This document shows, one piece after another, positions 63,004-64,000 of a stretch of 64,000 nucleotides of DNA (position 1 is its first letter; each line of letters opens with the position of its first letter). Made by a program: the position numbers and the translations under genes. Under the pieces are notes generated by a model. That model was not told the DNA's origin and ran no database searches. It saw only the letters and a program-made list of their open reading frames with translations. The stretch comes from Candidatus Micrarchaeota archaeon (lineage in GTDB: Archaea > Micrarchaeota > Micrarchaeia > Norongarragalinales > SBBD01), in NCBI GenBank assembly GCA_018819225.1, contig JAHJQN010000004.1, forward strand, positions 685 to 64,684, in the 5' to 3' direction.

Positions 63004-64000
63004 TTAGAGACTTTGCAGACCGCTGGTTTCCCGGGTGAGTTGCCGAAAACCGTTTTTCGTGACTTCCACGTCGTCTTCAATGCGTACGCCCCCGACTCCG
63101 GGCACGTATACGCCGGGTTCCAGCGTGAATACCATGCCTTTCTTGAGATCGAATGAGTCCGTGCTGAGGACGAGTCCGTCGTGAACCTCGAGTCCGAGGG
63201 AATGACCCGTGGCGTGGTTGAAACGATTTCGAAATTCGGTGGCGTTGATTTCTTTTTCCACGAGCTGATGCACGAATCGCGCATTGACTCCTTCATGCAC
63301 TGCTGTTTTGGCTTTGGATTGCGCTTTTTCAACGATGGAGTACATGCGCTTTTGTTTTGCGCTCGGTGGACCGAGGACGAATGAGCGGGAGATGTCCGCG
63401 CAATATTTTTGATAGCGGGCTCCAAAATCGATGAGAACGCATTCACGGGGCTGCAAGCGCTTCACTCCGGGGGGATGATGAGGTTGAGCCGCGTTTTTTC
63501 CGAACGCGAAGATGGTTGGAAAAGCGGGTTCGGAGCCGAGCTTGCGCATCTCGTATTCGAGTGCGGCGACCGCCTCAAATTCCCGTACGCCGCTTTTTAG
63601 CGTGCGTTGATCCAGAATATTTTGAAGGGCTTTCTCAGACCATCGAATCGCTTTTTGGATGCGGCGAATTTCTTGAGGCGTTTTAATGGAGCGAATTTTC
63701 TGAAACGTGTTGGATGCGGGAATCCATTGTGTTTTTGGGAGCAGTCTCTGTAAGAAGTGAAGGGATTTGACGGGCAACACGGCATCATTATATGCAACGG
63801 ATTCGGGTTTTCCAATGCGTTCTCTTAGCAGTTTAGAAAAACCGTTTCCGGGTCCGTAGACTGAAATCGAAATGTGGTTTCCGAGCTGTTTTTTGGCGAG
63901 TTCGGCGTCGAGTCGGGGGGTAAATACGTGGATACAATTTCGGGTGATCCAAGCGGCACTCCCGTCAAACATGCCTTCCGTTATTCCCGTGCAATAAAAA
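63004..64000 (-). CDS. M24-family Xaa-Pro aminopeptidase, 5' end outside the window
   Basis: Metal-ligand motifs [13 protein letters not shown] and GGVRIEDDV. The frame stays open upstream of the M at 63972 to the window edge (FYCTGITEG resembles the usual YLTGF segment). Confidence 0.85.
   Translation of the reverse strand, partial: FYCTGITEGMFDGSAAWITRNCIHVFTPRLDAELAKKQLGNHISISVYGPGNGFSKLLRERIGKPESVAYNDAVLPVKSLHFLQRLLPKTQWIPASNTFQKIRSIKTPQEIRRIQKAIRWSEKALQNILDQRTLKSGVREFEAVAALEYEMRKLGSEPAFPTIFAFGKNAAQPHHPPGVKRLQPRECVLIDFGARYQKYCADISRSFVLGPPSAKQKRMYSIVEKAQSKAKTAVHEGVNARFVHQLVEKEINATEFRNRFNHATGHSLGLEVHDGLVLSTDSFDLKKGMVFTLEPGVYVPGVGGVRIEDDVEVTKNGFRQLTRETSGLQSL

Overview
Archaeal contig fragment, shown by aRF1, PriS primase, Orc1/Cdc6, ribosomal aP1/uL10(P0)/uL1 and two-subunit archaeal PheRS. 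An uncultivated small-genome (DPANN-like) lineage is my inference only. All protein-family calls rest on motifs read by eye; no BLAST or HMM search was possible. Layout: (1) 1-9.7 kb holds the end of a CRISPR array (37-nt repeat) and a complete subtype I-G (formerly I-U) cas operon on the minus strand: cas3, csx17, csb1, csb2, cas4-cas1 fusion, cas2. (2) 9.7-20.8 kb is an accessory island. It opens with a 5'-truncated IS5-like transposase next to the cas3 promoter. About nine short gene modules follow: AAA+ ATPase, two Fic proteins, an orphan two-gene unit, RelE plus antitoxin, VapBC, an ORF-less unit, a kinase-like protein and a 105-aa orphan. Nearly every module junction carries a co-oriented copy of one conserved, structured 90-120 nt element. 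This cassette-array-like organisation is the most interesting thing in the window. It resembles an integron or CALIN but does not fit canonical attC geometry, and no recombinase is visible. (3) 20.8-27.4 kb holds an FNR-like oxidoreductase, an apparently frameshifted Ca-binding lipoprotein, a Tag-like glycosylase, a thioredoxin-fold protein and a 1277-aa SF1 helicase fused to a Vsr/DUF559-like nuclease. (4) 27.5-40.5 kb holds three large anchored surface proteins, one of 2331 aa with a vWA domain and more than 10 tandem ~107-aa repeats. (5) 40.6-64 kb is core housekeeping: pheS/pheT, priS, aRF1, the ribosomal protein cluster, ppsA, tRNA-Ile(GAU), orc1/cdc6, metG, hsp20 and an M24 peptidase.
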